From Adineta vaga (taxonomy: Eukaryota > Animalia > Rotifera): a DNA stretch of 64,000 nucleotides. Shown one piece after another: positions 42,005 through 56,540 of the stretch. Under the pieces are notes generated by a model that saw only the letters and a program-made list of their open reading frames with translations, did not search any database and was not told where the DNA came from. The translations under genes and the position numbers were made by a program. The DNA lies in NCBI GenBank assembly GCA_021613535.1, contig CP075493.1, positions 10,106,001 to 10,170,000 of the forward strand, read 5' to 3'. Within the stretch, counting starts at the first letter, position 1. The number at the start of each line of letters is the position of its first letter.

Positions 42005-45000
42005 TTATGCCGTCAACACTGCGCGTTCCAAATACCATCGTTGTTTCGAATGATTTCCTTCTTCACATGGAGCTAAAATAGAATTATGTATAGAAAATAA
42101 TTCTTTCACTTTATCATCAATTTGACTTACCAACAATTATTTTACCGGATTGTGTTTTTGAATCAACAATCATACATTGACCAGATTTAACATGTTTTAT
42201 ATGTTTTGTCTAGAATTATAAATTGTTTGAACAACAAAATAGGAAATGAATGAAGAGAACTTACTTCATTATTATAATTCCAGATTTGTTTATCATTTCC
42301 TTCGGAACATTTTTGTAGTTTAACTATTGTGTTTGCATTACTTTCAAAGCATAAATCATCGAAACGTAGTTGTCCTTTTTTGGAATAGATCAGAATCTAT
42401 AGAAAATAATATAGTAAAGAATGAGTACTTATTATTAAGAACAAAGTTAGAGTGCATAGAACAAAAAGAAATCTAGGAATTGTGAGATGTTAATGGATTA
42501 GTTTCAATGAATGCATCATGTGTTCAAAATAAACATGTATCGATTTTAAACACTTGAAAACTAGACTGTAATCAACAATTATTCATTTATGCTACTCTAA
42601 TACCGTATATATTATTAACTCATTCATATGATGATTACTTTCTAATATTCAAATTCGATGCATGCCAATTTGGTGATAAATTTAGATTCAACAACAAAAT
42701 GTTTGCATGCATAAATCACCTTTCTTTGCCCCATGGGCGAATAAGAACAACAATCAACATGCAGAAACAAGAACTCTTTTTTTTCACATGCTCTATCTTC
42801 CAACCTGATTCACGGCTGCTATAGGTGAATCGATTCGATCCAAACAAGTTTGTGTATTTATCGTTGCGGTACGATTTGCTTTTTGAGTACCGAACGCATT
42901 ATGAGCAGTCAAACAGGATTTTAATTCGTTACGTATCTGAAAATAGATGAAGAAAACAGATTAATATACACACCTGATTAGTACTATCATGTTGGCAAGG
43001 AGAAATGCCTGCATTTTGATTCACTCCATTATCGATATTATATCCCAGTGAATCAGCACAACCTTGTCCTTCATTTTTCAACTAATCAATATGAGAAATA
43101 GAGGTTCCAGATAAGAAATATAATCTGAACGATGATCAAAAAGATACAGAGACAAAAAAAATAAACTCACCGCTCCAACATGATGAAAATGTATTGGCAA
43201 AGACGTTTCAGGATAAATGTTTTCTAAATACCATTGAAAATCTTTACATTGAAGACGTTGACGTAATGCAAGACGTTCGGATACATCACCAGCGTCCACA
43301 CGTTTCAAGTCTATGTAAACAACCATAATACTCTCTCTAATTCAATCGATTATAATACAAACCAGGCATAACTGCATAGACAAAATCTTTGTATTTATCA
43401 AGCCATACTTCAACAAGACGTTTATTATTATGAAAAATAACAGTTCCTGTACCACCGGGAAACGTATATGGTGTTTGTTTACGAAATACATGACCGACAT
43501 GACTACCTTGAAAAAAGAAAGAAAACAAAAATTCAATTAAAATCTATCGATCAATATTAGACTTACATGGATGAATGAGAACTTTGCCACCACATTGCCA
43601 AACACGAAATGACATTTCTAAATTTTCACCACCCCAAACTTCCATGCCTGGATCATAAGCACCTATTTCATAAAAATATTCACGATTGATTGTAAACAAA
43701 CCACCTGCCATTGTTGGAGATCTACGAAATCAAATGGAAATATTTAAAAGAATCAAGATAAGATTAGTCTTTTTTTATTGTACAATAATGGTAATGAATG
43801 ATCACGATTTCGTCGAAGTTCTTCTCGTTGTGGAACTGGATACCAACGAAAATTTAATCTCCAATTGAATCCACCCTAAAGAATCAACGAATAATCTTAA
43901 CTGATTACGTCAGTTGAAGTTTTACAATACCCAAGTCATATCACTACCAGTTAAATAAGCAAAATCATTGTCACTAATAACATCAATTATTGGACATACA
44001 ACAGCCGTTCTAAAAATGAATTGATTTAAGAAAACGATTATCAATCGACGCGGGTACTATATTCTTCTTTGTACATACCTATCTTTCTTTACTTCGTATA
44101 ATAGATATTCAAGCCATCCAGGTGAACATTCAATATGTGCATCAAGAAACGTTAATGTATCTCCTGTAGCTATTTCAGCACCTGAAAATGCAATGAAAGA
44201 ACATAAATATATATATATGTAGGTATTCATGTTTTCATTTTGTTTACTCTACCTCGTAGACGAGATTTCATTAATCCTAACCGTTCATTATTTCTCAATA
44301 TACGAACTGTTACAGGTAAATCTTTTATAAATGTCTCCAATGTATCTTTTAGATAGGCTATAATAGAGAAAAATCGATGAAACGAAAAAAAAGATGATTA
44401 TAATAAATGCATACCACGATTGACACTAGCATCATCAACCATAATAATTTCCCTGATGTATTTTGTTGGACTTCGAAGTATAATACTTGTTAATGTACGA
44501 AGTAATGTTGAATTACCTTCGTTATGAAATACAATAACGATTGATGTTGTCGGTAAATCAACTGGAAATTTATGTGCAAGACAACTAAAATATAAAAATA
44601 AAGAAATCAGTTTTCAGATGAAATGATAATCAACAATCGAACCTTGATGATCGTTGATCTTTAATTGATCGATTTAAAGCTACAAGGTCAGAAGCGAGAA
44701 TGTTAAATTGATTTTCTGCAAAACGTTTTTTCGCTTCGCTTTGTAATTCAGAAGGAATAACAACAGCACGTCCAGCTTCACCATGCCAATTAGTTGGATT
44801 TGTTACACCTGTTATGAGAAGAAAGCTTTTCTTTTTTACCTGATATTTTATCAAATTTCATGTCAAACCTGGTGCAACTTCCCACCATCGACGAATCACG
44901 CTAGTCGTTGTTATTACATTTTGTATTCCATTAATAAATTGTGTTCTATTTCGATATTTTCTTCGATCAATAACTATTTTTGGATGTATTGGAAGACTAC

Positions 45001-45226
45001 GGTCAGATACTTGAGAATGACTATCGACTACTAAAGCTGATGTTCGTGAACAAGGAAGAATAATTTCTTTCGTACAATCAGAAAATAACATTATAAAAAA
45101 GACATCAATAAATATCCAAAATAATGATGTATAAATAACTACATGAAGATATTGACGTTTCCATAAACGAAATCGTTTAAAGAAGACTTCCGTTGGTGTT
45201 GAATGATACGGTGAAAGGGGATTCAT
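42005..45226 (-). CDS. GALNT: Polypeptide N-acetylgalactosaminyltransferase with a ricin-B lectin domain
   Basis: Type II TM anchor, [18 protein letters not shown] (DxH), [35 protein letters not shown]-terminal lectin exons. Confidence 0.96.
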
Positions 45227-46508
45227 TGAGAAGCACCAAGATTGATTATAATTTTATAGGATGTTAATATAAATGAAATAAAAATCTAAAAAGAAAATAG
45301 ACAAATAACATATATGTATGTATATATGAACCAATCTAAACGATCATCCTTGATTTGTTTATCGAGAAAAAAGAGAACTTACTGCGCAAAAGAAACTTGA
45401 TTATATTGTTGTATTGACATAGAAATTCAGAATTCTTATTCAAATAAATGATATAGAAAGAACAGCATTATTTCCTGACGGAGGCGTTTCAATGGTAAAA
45501 TAAGTAGACATGCAATGTAAATTGAGGAAATAACATACTTTCTCTCTTTCTCTCTCAAGTAGATGTTTATCTTTTCTTTGCCACGTGTACATATAAATAA
45601 AAGGTAGTATGCATTTTATCAATACACGATTAAATTCTCATTGATACTTTATTAAATATATTCTTCATAAGATGTTACTTAATTTACTGTTGTTTTGTTT
45701 GATTTGAAACCATTTTTTCTATGATGTTAAAGAACAACCAGTAGAAGACATCTTTGATAAATGATAAGAATGCGACGACATATGGTAGTATAGATGGGCT
45801 TAGTTATTGATACATAAAGAATCAAGAGAAACATTTTCTTTTCTTATGAATACAGATACTTCCTGTTAACTCATTTATAAAACGAAACAATTGTATTTTC
45901 GACGAATAGATATTTTACAGATATCAGTATTTTTCAAGCCATAAATCTTCGTCTATTGTAAATGTTTGAAACTTCTCACAAAAATTTTACAAAAAACGAT
46001 AATAGGATCCTCCACAAGGCTTTATCATGTAAATACAACAAATCAAGGTTGTTTTATCGGTTTTTATATTCTTTTAATCTCTAGCTTTTCGTAAAAAACA
46101 AATATTTACATTGTTCTTCATTTCAATTTCATTGACTAATTGCTGAATGCTTCTTCTACATCAACAATAATAGTTATAAATACACTCTTTTTCTAAAATA
46201 ATTGTTTTTAAAATTGAATTTTTTTTAATCGATATTTAATACTGAGAAGCGAATTTAAAGCTCTATTCGATTTGAAAGTATCTAGATTATAAAAGCAAAG
46301 GGATAAGTTCGTTGAAATTTTGTATTTCTGTTTGATTGAATTTTGAAGTTGTTTATTATAGCGCCTATCATTGAGACTATTGCAATGATTAAATTTGTCA
46401 AAAGTATATGAACAATTTTGAATTTGTCGCATGATCAGATTCGCCATGAATTCATAAAAGTAGGATACAAGAGTTCAGTTCACATTTATTAAGCAGAAGA
46501 AAGAAAAA

Positions 46509-46736
46509 TTAAAGTTTCGTTGATCGTGTTTCTGTTCTAAGAACTTGAATAATTTGTGCAAGTGCATCAGGATGAACACCACTTTCAAGTAATCGAACAC
46601 ATGAAGTTAATGTTTTCTTATCTAGACCAGTATTGAGCAGTTGAGATAATTCATGAAGACAATCGAGTGCTTCACGTGCTTCATTTGTTGAAGATTCACT
46701 AGCTGTTGTTGTCGAAGCTGATTTAATGATTGGCAT
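46509..46736 (-). CDS. MZT1: Mitotic-spindle organizing protein 1 (MOZART1)
   Basis: REALDCLHELSQLLNTGLD...CVRLLESGVHPDALAQIIQVLR. Confidence 0.93.
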   Translation of the reverse strand: MPIIKSASTTTASESSTNEAREALDCLHELSQLLNTGLDKKTLTSCVRLLESGVHPDALAQIIQVLRTETRSTKL

Positions 46737-46934
46737 TGTTTTTTTTGCTTATCTTAAAACAAAACAGATAAACTGAACATTTGTTTATTTAAAAGAAAAC
46801 AAATAATAAATAAATGTTTTTTTATTCACATTAAAACAAATAATAATTCCACTGTTGTACGACATAAAAAGAAAAGAAAAGAAAATAGATGAATCTGACA
46901 AGAAGAATAAAACGTTGGAAAAAGAAAAACAGAT

Positions 46935-49267
46935 CTAATTTCTTGTTCGCTTTGATAATTTCTCAATTTCTTTACTCAATGTGTCTACATTTTCTTTGAG
47001 TGTTAAATTCTTCAAAAGTGTATCTTCGAGAACGGATTGCAATTTTCCCATGATATCTAATGCTGTTTCCAATGTCATTGGTGCTGATTGATCAAATATT
47101 TTATTTGTTGTTTGATGATTAGCAGTTGTTGCTGTTGTTGTTGCACGATTATATAATGTTGCCATCAATGATGTTGATGAAGAATTTGATCGAGTTTTAT
47201 TTGCTAATTGTTGTTTGACTAAATCAGATTCATTTGATGTGTACATAAAACTTTCTTCATTCATTGCATAGGATTGAATGATTTTACGTTTATTCTGTAA
47301 ATCTTGTGTGAGTAACTGTATATGATCGTTGAGAAATTCAATTTTTTCATTACGTCGTACAAGTAGTTTTTGTTGTTTTAATAGTTTATCGATTAATTTT
47401 TGACGATCAATATCAACAATACTGACGATAACTTCTTGTTCATCATCAGCAGGAACTAATTGTTGTTGATGTTGATGACGACGATTATCCGATGAATGAG
47501 TTGATGTTTGATCAGGTGTTGAGTTGAGTATAGGAGGAGCCATATCACTTAATGAGCTATAAGAACCTGTTGGAGATCCACGACTTGATGAATTATCACC
47601 GAGATTTTCTTTAACTGGAATGCTTCTTGTTTGACTAAATTATTAGAAATATCAAGAAATCAAAATGTAATGTATATTTTTTATAAACAATTACCTAGTT
47701 TGTAAAGCAGGCGATGGCCCATCATCATTAGTTGCAGTTTTAGTTTTTTGTAATTGTTGCAATTGTTTAATTAAATCTTTCGTATTTGCTTGATGTTTCT
47801 TTTTTAATGTTTGTATTTCAACTAAACTATCATCATATTGTTTAACAATTTGTTCATGTGATTTATTTAAATTTTGTAATTTCTCATCTAACTCTTTTAT
47901 TTGATCTTTCACTGATTTTTCTATTGTTTCTAATTGTACAATTCGATTATGTTGTTCTTCATTAGTTTTTTTCATTTCTTCATGTTCTCCACTTATTTGT
48001 TGATGTAAATTTTGAAGTTGTTCATAATTTGTTTGTAGAATGGAGTTTTTCTCTGTTAACTTTTGTGTTAATTCAAGATATTGATGTTCTTTTTCAAGTA
48101 ATTGTCTTAAATCAGCATTATCAGCTAAGGTTTGATTATGGAGATTTTCGATTTGTTTTAATCGTGATATTTCAATGGAATCTTGTTCACGTGCACCTAA
48201 TAGATCATCATATAATTTTTTTGTTGTTTCTTTTTCACGAATAGAATTTTGACGAAAATTTTCAATCACATTTTCTAATGCAACACGATCTTCATCAGCC
48301 GATTTCAATTTTTCACGAAATTGATTATTTTCTTCTTGAAGATTTGTTAAGTTTGCTTTCAATGAATTATGTTCATTGAGTAAGGTATCGAAAGCTTGTG
48401 TACGTTCATCATCAGATGGAATGGCTTGAACAGCTAAATAAAAACAAGTTATTATAGAAAGAAGAAAATACAATGTGAATATGTTAGTTCTTACTATCAG
48501 TAAGTTGTTTACATTGTAAACTGAGTTGTTCATTACGTTCATGTTGTTCATTGAGATCTTTTTTTAAACGTTCATTTGATTCTCGTTGTTCTCTCAACTG
48601 TTGAGATTCTCCTTTCAAATGATTTAATGTTGATTTTAATGTTGCATCTATGGATAGATTTAATTCTTTAACTTTTTCTAAATCTTTTTTCGTTGTTGTT
48701 AATTCTCCTAATTTATTTTCATAGGCTTGTTGTAATTTCGTGTTCATTAATTTCAATTCAGCTAGTTTCATTTGTAAATTATCTCTTTCTTTGAGTAAGT
48801 CATTGTTTTTCGTCGTTAAAATTTCACAACGTTTATCCGAATCTAACTTCGATTTTTCGGCTTGAGCATACCGCATAACAGTCGATTGTTTCTCACGAGA
48901 ATATTCGTCTTTCTGACGAGCCAATACCGTTTCATAATGTTGTTGACAAGCAACAAAACGTGCATTGAGTTCAGATATTTCATTACTTTGATTTGTGACA
49001 ATTGTTGAGAGACGAGCAATTTCAAGTTGATCGGGATTTATTGTAACTTCGGTTTCTGAAAAGAAAGAAAAGTGACTGATTCGAAATACACATCGATGGA
49101 CGTACAAATTAAGAATTCGTAAATAATTCGAAGAAAAAGAAATCTTTACCTGTCTTTTCCACTTCTAAATTGTCATTGGTTGGTTCATTCTCAGATGAAT
49201 TATCTAACTTCATCTCAACTGATTGTTCTTCACCAGTAACTTCTTTTGAAGAATCACTTGCTTCCAT
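46935..49267 (-). CDS. CCDC186: Coiled-coil domain-containing protein 186-like
   Basis: Long coiled coil with VMRYAQAEK, RRNEKIEFLNDHIQ.L..DLQNKRKIIQSY and KLQSVLEDTLLKNLTLKENVDTL. Confidence 0.85.
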
Positions 49268-49648
49268 TGTGTTCTATTCTTCCAACAGATCAATTGAGAT
49301 TCATCTAGAAAGAAATATTAGTCATATTCTTCCATATCTCGATTGATTTTTTTCTGATTATTTCTCCCCGTTCAATGCACAAGACTCAACAACAGAGACA
49401 AAAAAAAATAAACAAAAAAAAGAAAATTTGTTTTTCCGTCCAAGGCATATAAAAAAAACGAAAGAAAAAAGAAAATAGTTAGTATCCGTATATATATGTT
49501 CATAAACAAAAGAATAGATTGATTAATTTTAGTCTGTCTTTCTTTTGCTTATTAGCAAAGCTATGTACATATAAAGCGACAAAATAATGTTCACAAGTAA
49601 CAAAGCGACTAGAGCTTGGAAATGAAAAATAAAGAAAGACGATGCAAG

Positions 49649-51490
49649 TTATTTTCCATACAATTGTGCAAGGAAATCTCCCAGACTGATAAATGTTGTT
49701 GGATCTGTTCTTTGAGTATGATTCCATATATAAATAGCTAATCCACTAATTGTTAATGTTACACCCCAAAGAACGATACGTGGTAATGCAGCTGGATGTT
49801 CATCGCGACCAATGATATCCAAAGATTTGTTTTCGTCATTGTCAGTTAGAGAAGAATCTTTTCCGTATCGTTTACGAAGAATAGTTTCCATCGATGGATT
49901 TTCAATAGATTCACTAAAAACAGAAAATAAGATTATTTTCTTGATTGTAAAATTGAAATTCTTCTTACCATTTTCTTCTCCATTCATCATTCAATAGATC
50001 AAGTGTATCTGGATGATGATTTCGAAATAGATGTAGAGATCTTTTAATAATCTCTTCCCAATGATTACTATCTAATTCACTAGGTAAACGTGTTAGATAT
50101 TGATGCAAGGATGGCATATCACAGTCAGTAGATAGAACTTGCTTTGAATGAAAATTAACAATCTAACAAACAAATATACAATAATTTGTTCGTACATAAA
50201 TAAATAAAGAATAAATCAATTACTTCGGCAGCAACATAAACTGGCATAAGGAAGTGCGAAACAATAAAGAGATCATACAGTCGAAGGATTGTATCAAGAT
50301 TATCTAATACATGTGAATACCATGTGATGAACCATGATAATGCAAACATAACATTTCCAACACCACCTCTATAGTCAGATGTCATATAGAAAATGTAATC
50401 GATTTTATCGTTAAAAACTCACCTCTGCATGTATTCTGCACATTCACTATTGATAGAGTTGATAAGTGGCATTAGATAATAAAGTAGATCACGCGTTTTT
50501 TCCATTGTTGATTCCATAAAATCTCTATAGTTATATGAAGAAGAAAAAACATTCAAAAACAGATCTCTTAACCATTAATAGTGATGTTTACTAGTCAACT
50601 GACATTACTCGATTAGATTAAAACAAATTGCTTGAGGGTGGGTATGGGATCGAAAAAAGATATTTACTTGAAATGCGACTTTGTTATTGTATCAATAAAT
50701 GGAAGGCATAAATCTGCACCGAGCACAAGTAAAAAAGTCAAACAAATATCATGATAACCCTTAAAATAAAAGATGAATTCTTTTTCTTCAGATGTTGATA
50801 ATATTGTTAAGACTTTACCTGATAATAATTTAGATAATCATGTTTGATTAGAATTTTAACAATAACAACAATTAATTCTTCTTGCAATTCAATGCGATCC
50901 GAATCCGAATAATCTATATCGATGAAAACAATCTTAGTTTCTATATAATATCCAAAAAAAAAGAAAAGATATCTTCATACTTGGTGGAAATCTTTTTAAC
51001 GTTCTTTCAACATCCATTCGAACTTGTCCATAGTATCGATGTGATTCAATTTGATTTTTATCTAAACATATCATTTTGTGAAATAATGATATAGAGAAAA
51101 TAGAATAATGGAAATACCTGCAGCATAAAAATCAATTCGACAAGAATATTTCTTATTTATTTGATCGAAGTCTACTGGACAATAAGTAGGACAAGGGATT
51201 AATAAAGGCCAAATCTGTTGTCGATACGATTTTGTTATCAATCCATTCATTTTCGCATATTTTTGTAATTTCTCTTTATTATTTTTCATTAGATATTTTT
51301 CAATACGATCGGATTTATTTTTAGTAACGATTAAGAAATTTTCATCATCACTTAACGATAATGATCCGTTCGTTGTTATGGATGACGAAATCATTTCGGA
51401 ATGTGCATCTTCCATTAATGCTGAATCATGATCCGAATCCGAATCCGAACTGTTTGTATCCAATTGATAATATTCATCGATTGTTACCAT
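49649..51490 (-). CDS. TBC1D20: TBC1 domain family member 20 (Rab-GAP with C-terminal TM)
   Basis: RQQIWPLL, YYQGYHDICLTFLLVLG, DFMESTMEKT, FALSWFITWYSH, RLYDLF...LMPVY, C-terminal hydrophobic helix. Confidence 0.9.
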
Positions 51491-51755
51491 CACAATAGAA
51501 AAAGAAAATCAAACTAGGATATTATCTTATCAATTCAACCGTAATAACATATGTGACAATAGGAATATGATGATGATGAATAGTTTGTTGTTTTTTTCAT
51601 TCTCATGAAATTATTTCTTTTTTGGAGCTACTTGTTATTGTAAGAAGGAAAGAGATTGTAGCTCGATCTATAATGTTGTCATTGTCGGATGTCGAACCAA
51701 TGAAATGATTTCTTAGCAAAACAAAACGAGATTTTTATTTTATTTTTCTTATTTT
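51491..51755. promoter_or_regulatory. Probable bidirectional promoter between TBC1D20 and SNX13
   Basis: The two start codons are head-to-head, only ~265 bp apart. Confidence 0.5.
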
Positions 51756-54700
51756 ATGAATGGATCTTCGATGATTGCTAAACAATTTTATCTTATCGGT
51801 GGACTATGTCTAATCTGGAGTATATTTGGTATTGAAAGAACTATTTATTGGTTATTATTGTTTCTAACCATTATTTTTGGGTTCGTTTTTTTTCATGTCT
51901 TGTTAAAGATTTCAATGTAAACCATTATAATTTAGTTTTATTTTGCATTTGATTTTTCATAAACAAACATGGTCAAAATCAAATCCACTCTATGATCATA
52001 TTAAAACATCATTTATTAAAGCAAAATTAGTTACTCATGTGAGTCAAAACTAAACTAATCGAGTACACTAGTAAAATTTCCGAGAGCAAAAGCAAATAAA
52101 TCAGACGAATCATTCATTAGCTCTAAAGATCTGGAGAAGATGAATACATGTGACTTAAGTACTTAGTTGTTGATAACATATCTAAAGATGAGATAGAGTA
52201 TCTCTAGATAAACATTTAGTGACATCAGTAAATCATATGTTGATCGAAATAGATCCTTATCGAATATTTTCATATTCAAACCGTTTATGAATTCTGACGC
52301 AGAAGAAAAAAAATCTCTTGTTTCTTTTGTATTCAAAGTGAATCGAGATTTTTCTCGTTTTAGATTACTGATATCGAATTTGATGCATCATCACGTTCGA
52401 AATCATCAAAAACATTGAATGATCGTGTGTCATTAACAGGAATATCTGATATTGATGAATCACTCTGTGAAGTAAAATTCAATTCTCTCAAAAAGTAAAG
52501 CAGAATTTTCTATTCTCTTTTCATAGTTAATCAATTTATTTGTTCGTGATTATGTTGAAATTTGGTATAAAACTCAACTAAGTTCCGATGAATTATTCAT
52601 TGACGATGTAAAAAATGGTATCTATATAACGATTCGTCATTTATCCGAAAGGTAGTATATAATCTTCTTAATTAAAATCTAATTTTTCTCTTATCGAATG
52701 TTTTCTTTCATATTAGATTACGTGAAATCGATTGGTTAGATTTTTGTACGGGAACGGTTGTCGATAGTTTTGCAACGCATGTTCGATTATATCGAAAAGC
52801 TAAAGAACGCATGCGTTTAGAACAATCGACAGATATTCGATCATGTTTTTTCGATTTGGAAGCTGAATATGAACGAGGAATTTGTCGAGATGATGTCTGT
52901 TTGGATAAAGATAAAGAAAAAGGTTAGTTCTCTTTTTTTTTAATACTGTATTCAATTAACAAATGAAACGTTTTGTTCTTCTAGAATTCCTTCGAGATAT
53001 TGTAGACGTTCTTTTGTATATACTTTTGCCAGCTAATGAATTCCGTTGTGTACCAGCTCGAATACTTATTCGAGTATGTTGAATGAAATTGATTGATTAT
53101 CATGTGACTTTTGGTTTTGAATAGGAAATTGCAGTTAATCTTGGTTTAGTACCATTTATTGATATGTATTCTGATCCTGATGCTATCAATCAATTGATTA
53201 TTAAAATGGTAAAGAAAAAGAAAAGAAAAGATGATTTCTATGTCACATTTCATATTCAGTGTCAACAAATTCCACTAACCATCGAAAATTTTCTTCTGGT
53301 TGTTCGAACTACCGATTCGAAAGTTGAATTAAGTACATTAATTGAACGACTTGATATTGAAACAAGTCGATGGCGATCTAAAGATACTGGAGGAGAGAAT
53401 GGTAAAACAAATTTTGCGTGATAGTTTGTTTATCTTACTATGAGATTAATTTCATATTTTAGATGCAGAAATTCGTGCAATATTGAATAGTTATCAATAC
53501 TTGAGGAAAATACTCAACGAACGATTAGATGTTCAAGTTCGATTAGAACCAATGATATATGTAAATGCTTTTCTTGTCAATCAAGTTTGTTGAATAACTT
53601 AGTTTTGTTTATCTCTAGGATGATGATGATATATTACCAAAAGTATCTTATCGAGAATTACCTTTAACAGAAATTTTGAACAATTGTAATGGTTTAGATT
53701 ATTTTCTAAGTAGATTTTTTTAGTATTGATCTAATCAAGTCTATTAATCAATTTATTTGTAGAATTTCTTCAATCAATTGGTGCTGTTGGTTATGGAAAT
53801 TTTTACTTGAATGCAGAAGTCAGAATGATTGATTGGATATAAACGAAAACTTCGTTTTACTTTGAATATTTAGGCATTTCGATGTGCTGGTATTACAGCC
53901 GTTCAACAAAATGCAAATGCAACAGAGGAACAACAACAAGCTAATATAGCGATTTTGCGAAATATGGCAAAAGATCTTATCGAACAATATTTTCTTCCAA
54001 CTGTAAGTATTTTATCTTTAGTCGAATCATCTAGATATCGAACATCCGTTTGTAATCGAATTGAATTCAATGTTACTTTTCTGTATTTAGGGAACAATAA
54101 AATTACCTATGGATGAAAATTTAATAAATAAAACTTTGCAAATTATACAAACAGGAACAATCGATGAAACACTACTTGATGAACTTCAAATAAAAGTATG
54201 TTTGTATTACTTTTCTTCGAATAGATGTTCTTATTTTATGTTTCATTAAATAGGTATTTGAAATTCTCTCATCCGATAAATATTATGGTCAATTTAGAAC
54301 AACACCACAATATTTAAAAGTCTTAAGCGAAATTGATTTTACTGATTCACTTCATGATAATTCCGGTGTGTTTTTATTATGACAATATCAATTGAAAACA
54401 CGAACGTTTTATGTATTTATTTATTTTTTCACTTTAGATGCTTTATCCTTATCCAGTAATAATAGTAATGAAATATTGAATGATATCAATGAACCTCATC
54501 AGTCAAGTCCTGGAGTGAGTACAGGCAGTACAACGGCATCTATACCTGATACACTAGATAATATAGAGAATTATTTGATTACTACTGAAATAAATGATTC
54601 TGGTAATAAGTTTTTCTATAATCGATCGAATTTGTACGAATATCAGTTTCTTTTTCTCAATAGGTATATGTTGTGAAAAAGGTGAAAAATATGCAATTTA

Positions 54701-56540
54701 TGTGATATCTGTATCTTGTAAACCATTACATGCAACTATGGATGATCAAACACGTGAATGGATAACATATCGTCGTTATAGTGAATTTAATGATCTTCAT
54801 ATGACTGTAAAAAAACGTTTTCCAGCTCTACGTGAATTCATTCATTTACCTAATAAAAACTTCATGAATAATACTAGCCAAGAAATACGAGTCAAACGAC
54901 AAAAAGAATTAAATGATTATTTAGCTGTATGTTGAAATATTTTCTTTTCCATCTTCGTTAAATAATTATTTTAATATTTTTTCATCTATAGACATTAACA
55001 AAACCCAAAGTTCTACTTAATAATCCAGGTCTTGGTGAACTTTTACTCAAATTCTTACGAAATCAAGCAATGGAAACATGAACAAACAGAAATATCTCGA
55101 AAGGTAAAATTCTATTTTTGAATAAGTCATTCATTCTTCTCATCATCGGATAGATACGTTTAAGTTTCTTTGATCAATTTATATTTATCTATTGATTTTA
55201 TCTTGTAGGATTTTTTTTCATCAACGGTTTGTTTCGTTTCTATAGTTTATTATCACAAGTAGTTCTGTGTGCACATATACTTTAAGGATATTGTTTTCTT
55301 TTGTTTCATGTTTTTGAAATAGTTTGTAAATTATTTTCTCAAATTTGATATATTTCTTTTTTTCTCTATTTATACAGATGGATACGTTGGTCAATCCATT
55401 CAAACAAGCATCCATTGGTATTGTTAAAGGCGTTTCAAAAATTGGTGGTGGATTAACCATTGTATCGGATAGTGTAGTAGAAAATGCTGGTAAAATCTTT
55501 CGAACCAATGGAAATAATGCGAATCGATTGAATATAAATTTGAATAAAGATTCTCAAACATTTTCTATTGTTGAAGAAACACAAGCAGAGGTAAACGAAC
55601 AAATTTGTATGTTTTATTTTCATTGTCTTAATGATGATATTAGAATGCTAAGAACATTCCACTTCGTGTATTGTTGGTGATTATGGATGAAGTTTTTGAT
55701 CTTAAACAGAAAAATATGTGGTTTCGTTCGAGATTTGTTGCGATTTTAAAACGATTTCTAAGAGCATTTATGGGCGATTCAGTCAATCGGTATATTATTT
55801 AATTTTGTATTATTCACATCGCGCTTATTTTCTTTTTCTCTCTCTTAGACGCATTGCAACGTTTGTTCAACATTGGACATCAGCAAAGAAAATTGCAAAA
55901 GAAATTTCTCGATTCATGTATGAAAGTTATTTATAATGATTTCGAATTAATTCTGATTTTTCTTTATAGAGAAGCATTCTGGCCAAATGGTGTACTAGCT
56001 GATAAACCATCTGAACGTGATGAAAGTATACGAAATGTGACACAAGTATTATGTAAAGCAAAACTACTCGGCATTGTTTCAGGTACACTATTGATTAGCG
56101 ATTCATTTTGATTACTCATATTGATGGATATTTTAGACGAACTTCGTCATATTATTGGCAGTGAAACAACTCGTCGTGGTTTATTACGTTTATTTGAATT
56201 ATTACAGAATGAAACATTTAATCGTCGATTTGTTTATATTGTTATTGAAGCTTTATTGATCAAATTATTTCGACCGAATGATTTACATTTAATATTTGAA
56301 AAACTTTATTCTCAATCTGAACGTGTTAAAGAAGAATATCGACGACGAATTTTTGAACAGGAACATTATCATAATGGTATTGTTGTCAATCAATCACATT
56401 ATGGTGATTCCAATCAACGACCTTATTATCTCAGTCGTTTATCTGTACGAACTGATGATAATATTGCTTTACATAGATCCGCTAGTATTCAACAGCAACA
56501 AAAAGTTCTTCCTCGAAGTTTTTCAAAAATATCACGATAA
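51756..56540 (+). CDS. SNX13: Sorting nexin-13 (TM, PXA, RGS, PX, Nexin_C); apparent +1 indel at ~55070
   Basis: N-terminal TM pair, VRDYVEIWY (PXA), YRRYSEFNDLH (PX), RKMDTLVNP, NIPLRVLLVIMDEVFDLK, AFWPNG, DELRHIIGSETTRRG. Confidence 0.92.
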
